Origin: Arenicellales bacterium
GTDB lineage: Bacteria; Pseudomonadota; Gammaproteobacteria; Arenicellales; JAJDZL01
Assembly: GCA_965200425.1 (NCBI GenBank)
Contig: CBDAUA010000001.1
Span: forward strand, 7,271-71,270
DNA: 64,000 nucleotides
Direction of reading: 5' to 3'
In this document: positions 1 through 9,776 of the stretch, in pieces
Position numbering within the stretch: position 1 is the first letter of the stretch
Layout of the letters: every line of letters starts with the position of its first letter
The notes under the pieces: model-generated
What the model was told of the DNA's origin: nothing
The model's database searches: none
Seen by the model: only the letters and a program-made list of their open reading frames with translations
Position numbers and translations under genes: made by a program

Positions 1-220
1 TATATGGAGAAATATCAGACGTATAGTGGAGATCGCACTCTTCAGTAGAGACTACTGCCCAACCCCCTTCAGCTTTCATACCACGCATTGCAGCTGCGGT
101 ATTCGGTCGCTGATGTCCCATACCAGCACAATGCGGAACTTGGTAAAACCGATTTCGTGCGACAACAGGCCCGATCTGGACGGATTCAAAGAGAATATCG
201 TAGCGTGGATCTCTCGGCAT
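1..220 (-). CDS. Histamine/trimethylamine dehydrogenase-family flavoprotein, N-terminal part (runs off window)
   Basis: Manual translation from ATG at 220: MPRDPRYDILFESVQIGPVVARNRFYQVPHCAGMGHQRPNTAAAMRGMKAEGGWAVVSTEECDLHYTSDISPY. NRFYQVPHC (FMN-linked Cys) and KAEGGW are hallmarks of TMADH/DMADH/histamine dehydrogenase. Not in the ORF track. Confidence 0.88.
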   Translation of the reverse strand, partial: MPRDPRYDILFESVQIGPVVARNRFYQVPHCAGMGHQRPNTAAAMRGMKAEGGWAVVSTEECDLHYTSDISPY

Positions 221-631
221 TGTGATGTCTTTTTACCGTTTAGTTAGAGAGATCTAGTCCTTAGTCTGAAAAATCTTTCTTTTCACTATAGAAATCTGCG
301 TACTAAATTCAGCCATGCCAAAACTTATTACCTTTCGGTTCCTAGCAATGTTTTTCGTCGGTCGTCTTCTCAAAATGACAATTTCAGTATGATTAGTGTC
401 TGTAAGTTCTATAGCAGAGGCACTTTACTACTTTGTTCAGAGGCGTTTTGTGGCAATACATTAAGCCTGATGGATTTCCACAGCTTGCCTCAAAATCAGC
501 CATCGCGCCTGTGCGCAGCCTTATCAGACAAAAAATATTAGTGTATGACAACACTTCACAGAATGATGTTGAGGTAGTTCGAAGATTCAATGTCTGCAAA
601 CGATTCCCAACATTGAAGCAACAAAAGAAAA

Positions 632-2026
632 TTAGCCGCTCCAGAGTCCTTCTCGAACCAAGTCACTCATTGTGGCTTCGATACCTCGTTTCAATATCTC
701 GACGGTTTCGTCTACTTGCTGGCGATTCAAAATTAGTGGCGGAGAGAGTACGTTCAAATGCGCAATCGGTCGCACAATCAATCCAAGCTGTTGACAGTGG
801 GCAGCAATACGATCGCCAATCTTAATTTCAGCATCAAATATTTCTTTAGATTCGGTATCCTTTACGTTTTCAACGCACATCATAAAACATTTGCCTCGAA
901 CATCGCCAACGATGGGTAGGTCCAAAAGCGCATTGAGCTTTTCCTCAAAATATGGTCCAATTACTCGAACATGTTCACAGATATTTTCTCGCTCGATTAT
1001 TTCGATATTTTTCAGTGCAGCCCGACAACATACCGGGTGTCCGGAATACGTGAAGCCGTGTGTGAACATTCCATTTTCACTTGGCGAACTGATTACTTCA
1101 TAAATTTCATCGGATAACATAGTCGCCGATAAGGGTAAATATCCGGAAGAAATACCTTTGGCAGCAGTAATGATGTCCGGCTGAATTCCAAAAATCGATT
1201 CCGAGCAAAACATGTGTCCGATACGACCGAAACCAGTCACCACTTCGTCCGAAATATAAAAAACCCCATACTTACGGCATACATCTAGTGTGCGTCGATG
1301 ATACCCTTCAGGTGGCACAATGACTCCTCCTGCCCCCATAATCGGTTCAGCGATAAATGCTGCTACATTGTCCTCTCCGAGTCTCAAGATTTCTTGTTCC
1401 AATTCATCAACGAGAAAATCACAAAATTGCTCATCCGTCATACCTGCCGGTTTCCGATAAGGATTTGGAGAAGATACATAGCTGACAAGTCCTGAAGCCA
1501 AATCAAAGCCTACGTGGTCGGCTTCTACTCCAGTCAAAGTCATCGTTAAATAGGTACTGCCATGATATGCGTCTGTTCGAGAAATAATTTTCTTCTTGGT
1601 TGGTTTGCCAATTCTATTGAAGTAGTAGTGAATGATACGAACTGCAGTATCGTTCGCCATCGAACCACCAGAGCCGTAAAACACATGGTTCAAATTGTCC
1701 GGAGAAATCTCTGCCAATTTAGCAGCGAGTTCCGCCGAAGGCGGTGTCGTCAAGTGATTGAAAGAAGAGTAATACGGAATTGCACGTACTTGGTCAGCAA
1801 TGGCTTGTGCCATCTCTTCGTTTCCATAGCCTATGTTGACACACCACAACCCACCGATTCCATCGATGTATCGTTCACCGTCACTGTCATACACATAAGG
1901 ACCGTCGGCTTCCGCAACTACCAAAGATCCTTCATCGTGAAATACCGAAAAATCGGTCCATGGATGAATGTAATGATCTTTATCTTTTTCCCACAAATCC
2001 TGGGTATCGTATTGTCTCTTAAGCAC
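632..2026 (-). CDS. Class III PLP-dependent aminotransferase (omega-amine:pyruvate type)
   Basis: GGLWCVNIGYG, YHGST, AEPIMGAGG and DEVVTGFGRIG...DIITAAKGISSGYLP (PLP lysine) motifs. Confidence 0.93.
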   Translation of the reverse strand: MLKRQYDTQDLWEKDKDHYIHPWTDFSVFHDEGSLVVAEADGPYVYDSDGERYIDGIGGLWCVNIGYGNEEMAQAIADQVRAIPYYSSFNHLTTPPSAELAAKLAEISPDNLNHVFYGSGGSMANDTAVRIIHYYFNRIGKPTKKKIISRTDAYHGSTYLTMTLTGVEADHVGFDLASGLVSYVSSPNPYRKPAGMTDEQFCDFLVDELEQEILRLGEDNVAAFIAEPIMGAGGVIVPPEGYHRRTLDVCRKYGVFYISDEVVTGFGRIGHMFCSESIFGIQPDIITAAKGISSGYLPLSATMLSDEIYEVISSPSENGMFTHGFTYSGHPVCCRAALKNIEIIERENICEHVRVIGPYFEEKLNALLDLPIVGDVRGKCFMMCVENVKDTESKEIFDAEIKIGDRIAAHCQQLGLIVRPIAHLNVLSPPLILNRQQVDETVEILKRGIEATMSDLVREGLWSG

Positions 2027-2078
2027 TTTTCCTTCTCTGTATCATTTCATACGAATGAAGTTATCTGCTCGAACTTAA

Positions 2079-2498
2079 TCAACAGCAAGCATCTTGCTTC
2101 ACAGCAATTACTTCGATTTCCATCAACCATTCGGGTTTTGCTAGCCCCTGCACAATCACTCCAGTCGAAACCGGAAACACGCCTTTCAACCAGCTTCCTA
2201 TCACCCGATAAACTGATTCGCGATAAGCTCGATCCGTAATAAAGACTGTAATTTTGCAGATGTCACCAAGACTTGAATTTGCTTCCTCCAACAACTGCTT
2301 GACGTTGCGCATCGCTTGATCCGCCTGCGCAGCGGGATCACCTTTACCGATTACATTTCCTTCAAAATCGCTACCAACTTGCCCTCTCAAAAATATCAGG
2401 TTTCCAGCAATCACGACTTGGCACAAGTCATTGTCCAGTGACTGTTCGGTATAGGTATCTTTCGTATTGAATTTTCTGAGTCTAATATGCTCGCCCAT
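2079..2498 (-). CDS. RidA/YjgF-family enamine/imine deaminase
   Basis: 139 aa; GQVG, QAMRNVKQLLEEA, FPVSTG and LMEIEVIA motifs. Confidence 0.9.
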   Translation of the reverse strand: MGEHIRLRKFNTKDTYTEQSLDNDLCQVVIAGNLIFLRGQVGSDFEGNVIGKGDPAAQADQAMRNVKQLLEEANSSLGDICKITVFITDRAYRESVYRVIGSWLKGVFPVSTGVIVQGLAKPEWLMEIEVIAVKQDACC

Positions 2499-2516
2499 AG
2501 TCTTGCTTCGATAAAG

Positions 2517-3968
2517 TTAGGTAGTGGAAATTCTGTCACTTAGATCTGCGGCTCTTTTCACGAATTCGAGTGCATCTGTAAAATCGTAGTTCATATAGAC
2601 CGCATTTAGATGTGCAAATGGCGGTGACTGTGCAAACAACTGAAATGTCAATTTATGGTTCGCATAGTCTGAATTCAAAAGATCTCTTGCCAACGCGAGT
2701 AATTTACGCCGATCTTCGAACAACCATTCTTCGTTAATTGAATAGTATTTTTCTAACCAGGGCTTGATTTCCTCGGTTTGAAAATTCTCGTAATCTGGTG
2801 TCAGACAAATTTGCCCGCCACACAATTCTCTTGCCAAATGCATCATATGAGGAAGCTGAGTACAAGCCAGTACCCTTCCTGTATACAGTAGAGATTGATT
2901 TGGCATCAGCAGTCCTTTGGGACTACGTTGCGCAGCTGCGATAGAAGCTGTAAGATGAGCGTTGATTCCTTCTCGATAACAGACGAGTTGCGCTAGCTTT
3001 TCCCTCACTGCTTGTTGTTTATCCAAGCCGGTCTGGCGTACATTGAACAAAGCGACTCCTATCAGCATATCTGCAATTTTTTGAATGCGCTGTACAAAGG
3101 CAAACGCACTATAACGATGTAAAGTAGCACGAATGAATGTTGCTGCCCGTGTATGTTGGTAAAACAGTACGTCTTCCCAAGGTATCAAGACATCATCGAA
3201 AATCATCAATGTGTCGATTTCATCAAAGCCGTTAGCAAGAGGATAATCTACAGATGCCGCTCGGCCTCGAAATCCAGTACGGCAGATGTGGGTCAGTCCT
3301 TTCGCGTTCATGCGCACGATTACACCAAGCGCATAATCGGACAATTTTTGATCTCCCCAATTGGCGATTGTGGGCTTTACAAAGGCTTGGTCGGCATAAG
3401 CCGATGCCGTTTCATATTTCGCACCGCGAATAATCAGTCCCGCATCAGTTTCTTTGACGACATGTAATAGCATATCGGGATCTTGATCTTGGGGACGTTT
3501 CGAGCGATCTCCTTTCGGATCAGTATTCGCAGACACGTGAAACACATCGTTTTCGATTACTGAGTCAATGTGATTTTTGATGTTTTCTGCAAAGCGAGGG
3601 TCGATTTCCGACAACACATCACTGCCATCGTACAGTGACCACATCTCACCAACGGTTTCGTCCCCTACACGAGTGACAACACCACCAATGTCATCCAATA
3701 TCATGTCGACTGCATTTCGTCGGTGATGCCAATCCTCTTGCTCGAATGGCATCTTGAGAATTACCGCACTTGGATTTCCTTTCTCGTCGGTATAGGTCAG
3801 AAAATCGCGAGTCTCTTCTTCCTGTTGGAGATCAAATATTCTCGCCCGAATATTAACGATGGGTTCGAATGCCTTATGGTTTGGAACGTCATCAACACGT
3901 TTACCATCGATCCAAACTTGTCTTCCATCTTGCAGCGACTCTCGATATTCTTTTCCCGTGCGCAACAT
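2517..3968 (-). CDS. HpaB/PvcC-family FADH2-dependent monooxygenase, oxygenase component
   Basis: MLRTGKEYRESLQDGRQVWIDG start, TDPKGDRS, GLIIRGAK and FDEIDTLMIFDDVLIPWE motifs. Confidence 0.88.
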   Translation of the reverse strand: MLRTGKEYRESLQDGRQVWIDGKRVDDVPNHKAFEPIVNIRARIFDLQQEEETRDFLTYTDEKGNPSAVILKMPFEQEDWHHRRNAVDMILDDIGGVVTRVGDETVGEMWSLYDGSDVLSEIDPRFAENIKNHIDSVIENDVFHVSANTDPKGDRSKRPQDQDPDMLLHVVKETDAGLIIRGAKYETASAYADQAFVKPTIANWGDQKLSDYALGVIVRMNAKGLTHICRTGFRGRAASVDYPLANGFDEIDTLMIFDDVLIPWEDVLFYQHTRAATFIRATLHRYSAFAFVQRIQKIADMLIGVALFNVRQTGLDKQQAVREKLAQLVCYREGINAHLTASIAAAQRSPKGLLMPNQSLLYTGRVLACTQLPHMMHLARELCGGQICLTPDYENFQTEEIKPWLEKYYSINEEWLFEDRRKLLALARDLLNSDYANHKLTFQLFAQSPPFAHLNAVYMNYDFTDALEFVKRAADLSDRISTT

Positions 3969-4816
3969 GTCAATGTTCTCCTCGTTTCAGTATGCGGTCC
4001 GGCTGTACACCGCTAAAACGGTTAAGTGGTCAAAATTAAAAAATTAACTATACTACAAATTTGATTGATTACTCTTGTTTAGCAATCCACCTGAATTATG
4101 CGATAAAACCTCACGAAAGAATTTTCACATTATTGCTTAGCTTTATGTGAAGAATGACGAGTATAGTGCCTCTAATAGAGCAGTTCAATGTTTGCACGAT
4201 AGTCGATCTTTCGCACAGGAGAGTGTGAAAATATTGGGGACGCCAAAATCATGGTAAAGATGCTAGATTCATCATCGAACGAGTCGTCAAGTCTATCTAC
4301 TTTAAAGAATATTCAATTTTTGATCAGCTCTTTTGAATCCATCGTTACTGCGCGCAGTGATGTTTGGTTTTCACTCAATATCATTGATGAACGCTGAACA
4401 CAAAGGCCCGAGTAGCACAATTGTGCTAGGATGCCCCTCGTCGCTAATTCTTGAGCTTCAATATTTTAAATTGACAGTTGGATTTCGACGCTTTGACTAC
4501 CGCTCCTACAGTTGATTGCTGTTGCCTGGACATCCTATGCTCCTAGCTACATTTTATACTTAGTAGGCCGGATTCGATTTTGGTTTAATTTTGATTCATA
4601 GATGTCAATTTCTCGATGAATCAATGAGGTGCGCTAGATCATCTCTGAGTTCAGGAACTGGTTCTTTCAAAAGCTTGTTGAATTGGTGCGATAGCATTGG
4701 CACCATCAAATCATGCCAAACTCAGTGCCTCTGCAGCGCAAGCAAAAGGTAGTATGTGTTTTAGACAGTATTCAAGTTAGTCAATAACGAATACCCGGAG
4801 TTTGTGGTCGCGATGT

Positions 4817-5362
4817 TTACAATAAGTTCTCCGACAATGCATCCGAATTTTTGTCGCTATCCATAAATTCTGACTTCAATGACATTAAAACAGTTACCGC
4901 ATCAATATCAAAATAGTTCCTCAAACGAGCGGAAATCCTACTTTCCAAACCTACCTCCAATTCTTCCTCACTGGCAAGTAGCGAGTTGATCTGGTACAGT
5001 ATTTCGTCTTCATTCACACCACTGTTGGGAAAGTGCGAGTCGACTTGTACTTCCAAAATTGTTGGAATCGGATTGTTGACGATTTTCAAATGATCCGAAA
5101 CCGAAAACAAATTTACTCACTTAGTTTCGCTAATTAACTTCCGCCGCAAGTTATCTAGTAACTGTAGCAGATTATCCGAACTGTCTATCCGATTCGATTC
5201 TTTTGTCAATTCATTGCTTTCGGAGACTGCATATTAGCTGATACCGACGAGAACTTCGATGATTTTATACATAGGTTTAATATCAAGTTCTTTCATCGGA
5301 GTTGAATTCAAGTTAACTTCGAATTCTAAATCGCATACAGCATTTGGATTGATAGACTACAT
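4817..5362 (-). pseudogene. Probable degraded gene of unknown function
   Basis: The 97-aa ORF 4817-5110 extends in frame to an ATG at 5362 through three in-frame stops (TAG, TAA, TGA); it abuts the left end of the Rpn array. Confidence 0.35.
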
Positions 5363-5940
5363 AATTATAGAAACTCGTTAGTTTTCAACGGTTAAATCTA
5401 TATTTTCTACAATAGATCAAATACAGAGGCGACTTAACTGAAGCCTTATTCTCCATGCCTTTCGTTTCCGCTTTTGTTTACTCGATAAAGTCAATTTCGG
5501 GTCTTCTGTACATCGATATTTACATTTGGAACTCGATTTTAACAACGAAAAACTCATATATTGTAAAATGCTTTAGTGAGCCGATTACCTGCGCTTGTAA
5601 TTACCCGGTCAGCTCGTCGATGAGTACTGTATCGTCGTTTGGAAAGAGCCAGCTGCGATCGAACTTACCACTAGCCTAACAAGGGCTGTCGTATCAGAAG
5701 TCTGTTCTATCGTCTGCACATTTCAGGCTAAATTCTGCTTTGTGTTGCGAAGCACTTGTTTGCATACCAAGCAGCTTCAATGCAAGTTGAATTCAACTTC
5801 CTGTTCTTTACGAAATGACGAGCGCGTCTTTCAAGCAACAGTCAGTACTGTTGTTCGAAATCCGGCTTCATGTTGAGTCGTCGACGCAGTGCGTCGTGGC
5901 TAGCTTCAGTTTCTTCGACCTCACACTTTCAGGAGGCCCT

Positions 5941-7032
5941 TTGCCAACACCTAGAATTCCTTACGATTCTTTCTATAAACGTATCTTCTCCCACCCGCTA
6001 ATGGTCTACGAACTGATTCAACTTCTATCAGCGAATCAGCTGGAGTTGGACACTTTACAATTATTCGCCACCGAACATGTCTCTAGGGATCTACAAAAGC
6101 GCTACCAAGATCTGGTCTACCAGGCAACAAGCATGACAAACGGTAGGGCGGTGTACTTAGCCTTCGAGTTTCAGTCAACGGTGGACAAACATATGCCGTT
6201 ACGGATGAACAGCTACTGTTCACTGTTGTTGGAGCAATTGGTTCGGACACAGCCGATGGGACTGGATAGTGCTTACCCAAGGATCTATCCAATCGTTATC
6301 TATAATGGAAAAAGTCGGTGGACTGCTCCACTACAGTTGAGTGAATGGTTCGGTCGACGAAGTTCGTTGCTGAGTAATTATCGGGGACGGTGTCGAATCA
6401 ATTTAGTGGATTTATCGACGTACAAGGAATGGGCATTGCAATGTGAAGGCAGTCCACTGGCGTTGTTGATTCGATTGGAAGGAGTCGAATCAGTGGAGGA
6501 GTTGGCTGAAGTTGCAGAAGAATTTACCGAGTGGTATCAGAGCAGCGGTGTAGATACACTAAAAGCAGATTTGACGGGTTTGTTAAAGGCAAATGCAGAA
6601 TTAGTAGGCGGTATCGAATTACGAAACAGGTTAGCAGGAGTACAAGACATGGGAAGGTTAGCGGAGACGATGAAAGAATGGATTGCTGAGAAAGAAGCAG
6701 CTGGGATTGCTCTAGGACTGAAACAGGGATTGGAGCAAGGACGGGAACAGGGTCTGGAACAAGGATTGGTTCAAGGACGAGAACAAGGATTGGCTCAAGG
6801 ACGAGAACAAGCGGCTTTAGAGTACGTTAAAGGCAAACGTGATGTGTTATTGCGACAAGTGGAGTCAAAGTATGGACTACAGGTACGTGAAGAATTGACC
6901 GAGACCTTACAGCGGTGCACAAAGTCAGAAGCGCTGGATCGGTTCGCAGATTGGATCTTTGAGTGCGATACTGTTGACGAACTGTACCAACGCATGCGCT
7001 CAAGTAGCAATGGTATGAATTGGCTCGATTAG
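5941..7032 (+). CDS. Rpn/YhgA-like PD-(D/E)XK nuclease (Transposase_31 family), copy 1
   Basis: YDSFYKRIFS, RYQDLVY, FEFQSTVDKHMPLRM and PIVIYNG motifs, GLEQGREQ repeats, DUF4351-like tail. Start moved to TTG 5941, which follows AGGAGG. Confidence 0.92.
   Translation: MPTPRIPYDSFYKRIFSHPLMVYELIQLLSANQLELDTLQLFATEHVSRDLQKRYQDLVYQATSMTNGRAVYLAFEFQSTVDKHMPLRMNSYCSLLLEQLVRTQPMGLDSAYPRIYPIVIYNGKSRWTAPLQLSEWFGRRSSLLSNYRGRCRINLVDLSTYKEWALQCEGSPLALLIRLEGVESVEELAEVAEEFTEWYQSSGVDTLKADLTGLLKANAELVGGIELRNRLAGVQDMGRLAETMKEWIAEKEAAGIALGLKQGLEQGREQGLEQGLVQGREQGLAQGREQAALEYVKGKRDVLLRQVESKYGLQVREELTETLQRCTKSEALDRFADWIFECDTVDELYQRMRSSSNGMNWLD
6649..7032 (+). CDS. Putative intragenic small protein (RpnS-like) from an internal in-frame start; equivalent starts at 8853, 11575 and 13729
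   Basis: AGGAG (6636-6640) lies 8 nt before an in-frame ATG (MGRLAETMKEW...) and is conserved in all four copies. Confidence 0.65.
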   Translation: MGRLAETMKEWIAEKEAAGIALGLKQGLEQGREQGLEQGLVQGREQGLAQGREQAALEYVKGKRDVLLRQVESKYGLQVREELTETLQRCTKSEALDRFADWIFECDTVDELYQRMRSSSNGMNWLD

Positions 7033-7049
7033 ACAATATTGCCACAACT

Positions 7050-7370
7050 ATGGGAAGGCTAGCAGAGACGATCAAAGAGTGGGTTGCTGAGAAAGAAGCA
7101 GCTGGGATTGCTCAAGGACTGAAGCAAGGGTTGGAACAAGCGGCTTTAGAGTACGTTAAAGGCAAACGTGATACGTTATTGCGACAAGTGGAGTCAAAGT
7201 ATGGGTTACAGGTTCGTGAAGAATTAACTGAGACTCTACAACAGTGCACAAAGCCAGAAGCGCTAGATCGGTTCGCAGATTGGATCCTTGAGTGTGATAC
7301 TGCTGCCGAACTGTACCAACGCATGCGCTTGAATTCCAATCGTATCAATACACACATCCCAGGTAAATAA
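7050..7370 (+). CDS. Stand-alone copy of the Rpn C-terminal module
   Basis: MGRLAETIKEWVAEKEAAG...RLNSNRINTHIPGK; starts at the residue equivalent to the internal Met of the long gene. Confidence 0.75.
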   Translation: MGRLAETIKEWVAEKEAAGIAQGLKQGLEQAALEYVKGKRDTLLRQVESKYGLQVREELTETLQQCTKPEALDRFADWILECDTAAELYQRMRLNSNRINTHIPGK

Positions 7371-8144
7371 AGATAGTCTGATCAATCTTTAGTTTTGATT
7401 GTTGCTGCTTCGCCAACAAAGAATAATTGCCAAATCTTGGTCCACGCGAAGCCAAAAACAGTGTGATGGCATCACATTAGTAAAAGTCTCTAAGGGCAAT
7501 TTCTATCCGTACCGTATAAGTACTTCAATGTTAACTCACTGTAAATTAACTAGTACGAGATTAGAGAATCTTTGTCCGTTGGCTTTCAACGGTTAAATCT
7601 ATATTTTCTACAATAGATCAAATACAGAGGCGACTTAGTCTGAAACCTTATTCTCCATGCCTTTCGTTTCCTCTTTTGTTTACTCGATAAAGTAGATTTC
7701 GCGTCTTCTGTACATCGACATTTACATTTGGAACTTGATTTAAATAACGAAAATCTCATATATTGTAAAATGTTTTCGTGTAGCCGATTACTTGCGCCTA
7801 CAATTACCCGGTCAACTCGTCGATGAGTACTGTATCGTCGTTTGGAAAGAGCCAGCTGCGATCGAACTTACCACTAGCCTAGCAAGGGCTGTTGTTTCGA
7901 AAATCCGTTCTATCGTCTGCGCATTTCAGGCTAAATTCTGCTTTGTGTTGCGAAGCACTTGTTTGCATACCAAGCAGCTTCAATGCAAGTTGAATTCAAT
8001 TTCCTGTTCTTTGCGAAATGACGGGTGCGTCTTGCAAACACCAGTCTAGTACTGTTGTTCGAACTCCGGCTTCGTGTTGAGTCCTCGACGCAGTGCGTCG
8101 TGGCTAGCTTCAGTTTCTTCGACCTCACACTTTCAGGAGGCCCT

Positions 8145-9143
8145 TTGCCAACACCTAGAATTCCTTACGATTCTTTCTATAAACGTATCTTCTCCCACCC
8201 GCTAATGGTCTACGAACTGATTCAACTTCTATCAGCGAAGCAGCTGGAGTTGGACACTTTACAATTGTTCGGCACCGAGCATGTCTCTAGGGATCTACAA
8301 AAGCGTTACCAAGATCTGGTCTACCAGGCAACAAGCATGACAGACGGTAGTGCGGTGTACCTAGCCTTCGAGTTTCAGTCAACGGTGGACAAACATATGC
8401 CGTTACGGATGAACAGCTACTGTTCATTGTTGTTGGAGCAATTGGTTCGGTCACAGACTATGGGACTGGATAGTGCTTACCCAAGGATCTATCCAATCGT
8501 TATTTATAATGGAAAACGTCGGTGGACTGCTCCACTAGAGTTGAATGAATGGTTCGGTCGACGAAGTTCGTTGCTGAGTAATTACCGGGGACGGTGTCGA
8601 ATCAATTTAGTGGATTTATCGACGTACAAGGAATGGGCATTGCAAATTGAAGGCAGTCCACTGGCGTTGTTGATTCGATTGGAAGGAGTCGAATCAGTGG
8701 AGGAATTGGCTGAAGTTGCAGAAGAATTTACCGAGTGGTATCAGAGCAGCGGTGTAGATACACTAAAAACGGATTTGACGGGTCTGTTAAAGGCAAATGC
8801 AGAGTTAGTAGGCGGTATCGAATTACGAAACAGGTTAGCAGGAGTACAAGACATGGGAAGGTTAGCGGAGACGATGAAAGAATGGATTGCTGAGAAAGAA
8901 GCAGCTGGAATTGCTCAAGGACTGAAGCAAGGATTGGTTCAAGGCAAACGAGATACGTTATTGCGACAAGTGGAGTCAAAGTATGGGTTACAGGTTCGTG
9001 AAGAATTAACTGAGACTCTACAACAGTGCACAAAGCCAGAAGCGCTAGATCGGTTCGCCGATTGGATCCTTGAGTGCGATACTGCTGCCGATCTGTACCA
9101 ACGCATGCGCTCAAGTAGCAATGGTATGAATTGGCTCGATTAG
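8145..9143 (+). CDS. Rpn/YhgA-like nuclease, copy 2
   Basis: Near-identical to copy 1; AGGAGG + TTG start; shortest QG-repeat tract. Confidence 0.92.
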   Translation: MPTPRIPYDSFYKRIFSHPLMVYELIQLLSAKQLELDTLQLFGTEHVSRDLQKRYQDLVYQATSMTDGSAVYLAFEFQSTVDKHMPLRMNSYCSLLLEQLVRSQTMGLDSAYPRIYPIVIYNGKRRWTAPLELNEWFGRRSSLLSNYRGRCRINLVDLSTYKEWALQIEGSPLALLIRLEGVESVEELAEVAEEFTEWYQSSGVDTLKTDLTGLLKANAELVGGIELRNRLAGVQDMGRLAETMKEWIAEKEAAGIAQGLKQGLVQGKRDTLLRQVESKYGLQVREELTETLQQCTKPEALDRFADWILECDTAADLYQRMRSSSNGMNWLD

Positions 9144-9160
9144 ACAATATTCCCACAACT

Positions 9161-9451
9161 ATGGGTAAGCTAGCGGAGACGATGAAAGAATGGATTGCTG
9201 AGAAAGAAGCAGCTGGAATTGCTCAAGGACTGAAGCAAGGATTGGTTCAAGGCAAACGAGATACGTTATTGCGACAAGTGGAGTCAAAGTATGGGTTACA
9301 GGTTCGTGAAGAATTAACTGAGACTCTACAACAGTGCACAAAGCCAGAAGCGCTAGATCGGTTCGCCGATTGGATCCTTGAGTGTGATACTGCTGCCGAT
9401 CTGTACCAACGCATGCGCTCAAGTAGCAATGGTATGAATTGGCTCGATTAG
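9161..9451 (+). CDS. Stand-alone Rpn C-terminal module (308-bp repeat unit)
   Basis: MGKLAETMKEW...SSSNGMNWLD. Confidence 0.75.
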   Translation: MGKLAETMKEWIAEKEAAGIAQGLKQGLVQGKRDTLLRQVESKYGLQVREELTETLQQCTKPEALDRFADWILECDTAADLYQRMRSSSNGMNWLD

Positions 9452-9468
9452 ACAATATTCCCACAACT

Positions 9469-9759
9469 ATGGGTAAGCTAGCGGAGACGATGAAAGAATG
9501 GATTGCTGAGAAAGAAGCAGCTGGAATTGCTCAAGGACTGAAGCAAGGATTGGTTCAAGGCAAACGAGATACGTTATTGCGACAAGTGGAGTCAAAGTAT
9601 GGGTTACAGGTTCGTGAAGAATTAACTGAGACTCTACAACAGTGCACAAAGCCAGAAGCGCTAGATCGGTTCGCCGATTGGATCCTTGAGTGTGATACTG
9701 CTGCCGATCTGTACCAACGCATGCGCTCAAGTAGCAATGGTATGAATTGGCTCGATTAG
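9469..9759 (+). CDS. Stand-alone Rpn C-terminal module (second 308-bp repeat unit)
   Basis: Identical protein to 9161-9451, offset by exactly 308 bp. Confidence 0.75.
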   Translation: MGKLAETMKEWIAEKEAAGIAQGLKQGLVQGKRDTLLRQVESKYGLQVREELTETLQQCTKPEALDRFADWILECDTAADLYQRMRSSSNGMNWLD

Positions 9760-9776
9760 ACAATATTCCCACAACT

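Noticed and set aside
433-2239. Plus-strand ORFs 433-825 and 1562-2239, and similar antisense ORFs across the window
   Set aside because: They are shadows of well-supported genes on the opposite strand.
5815-5940. N-terminal extensions of the Rpn ORFs given in the ORF track (5815, 8025, 10741, 12901)
   Set aside because: The extensions differ between copies and lack an RBS; AGGAGG before the TTG supports the shorter start.
7399-8128. Short ORFs in the inter-unit spacer (e.g. 7399-7596, 7792-8049, 7931-8128 and their copies)
   Set aside because: They have no recognisable motifs or RBS and are not preserved in all units; recurrence is explained by the duplication.
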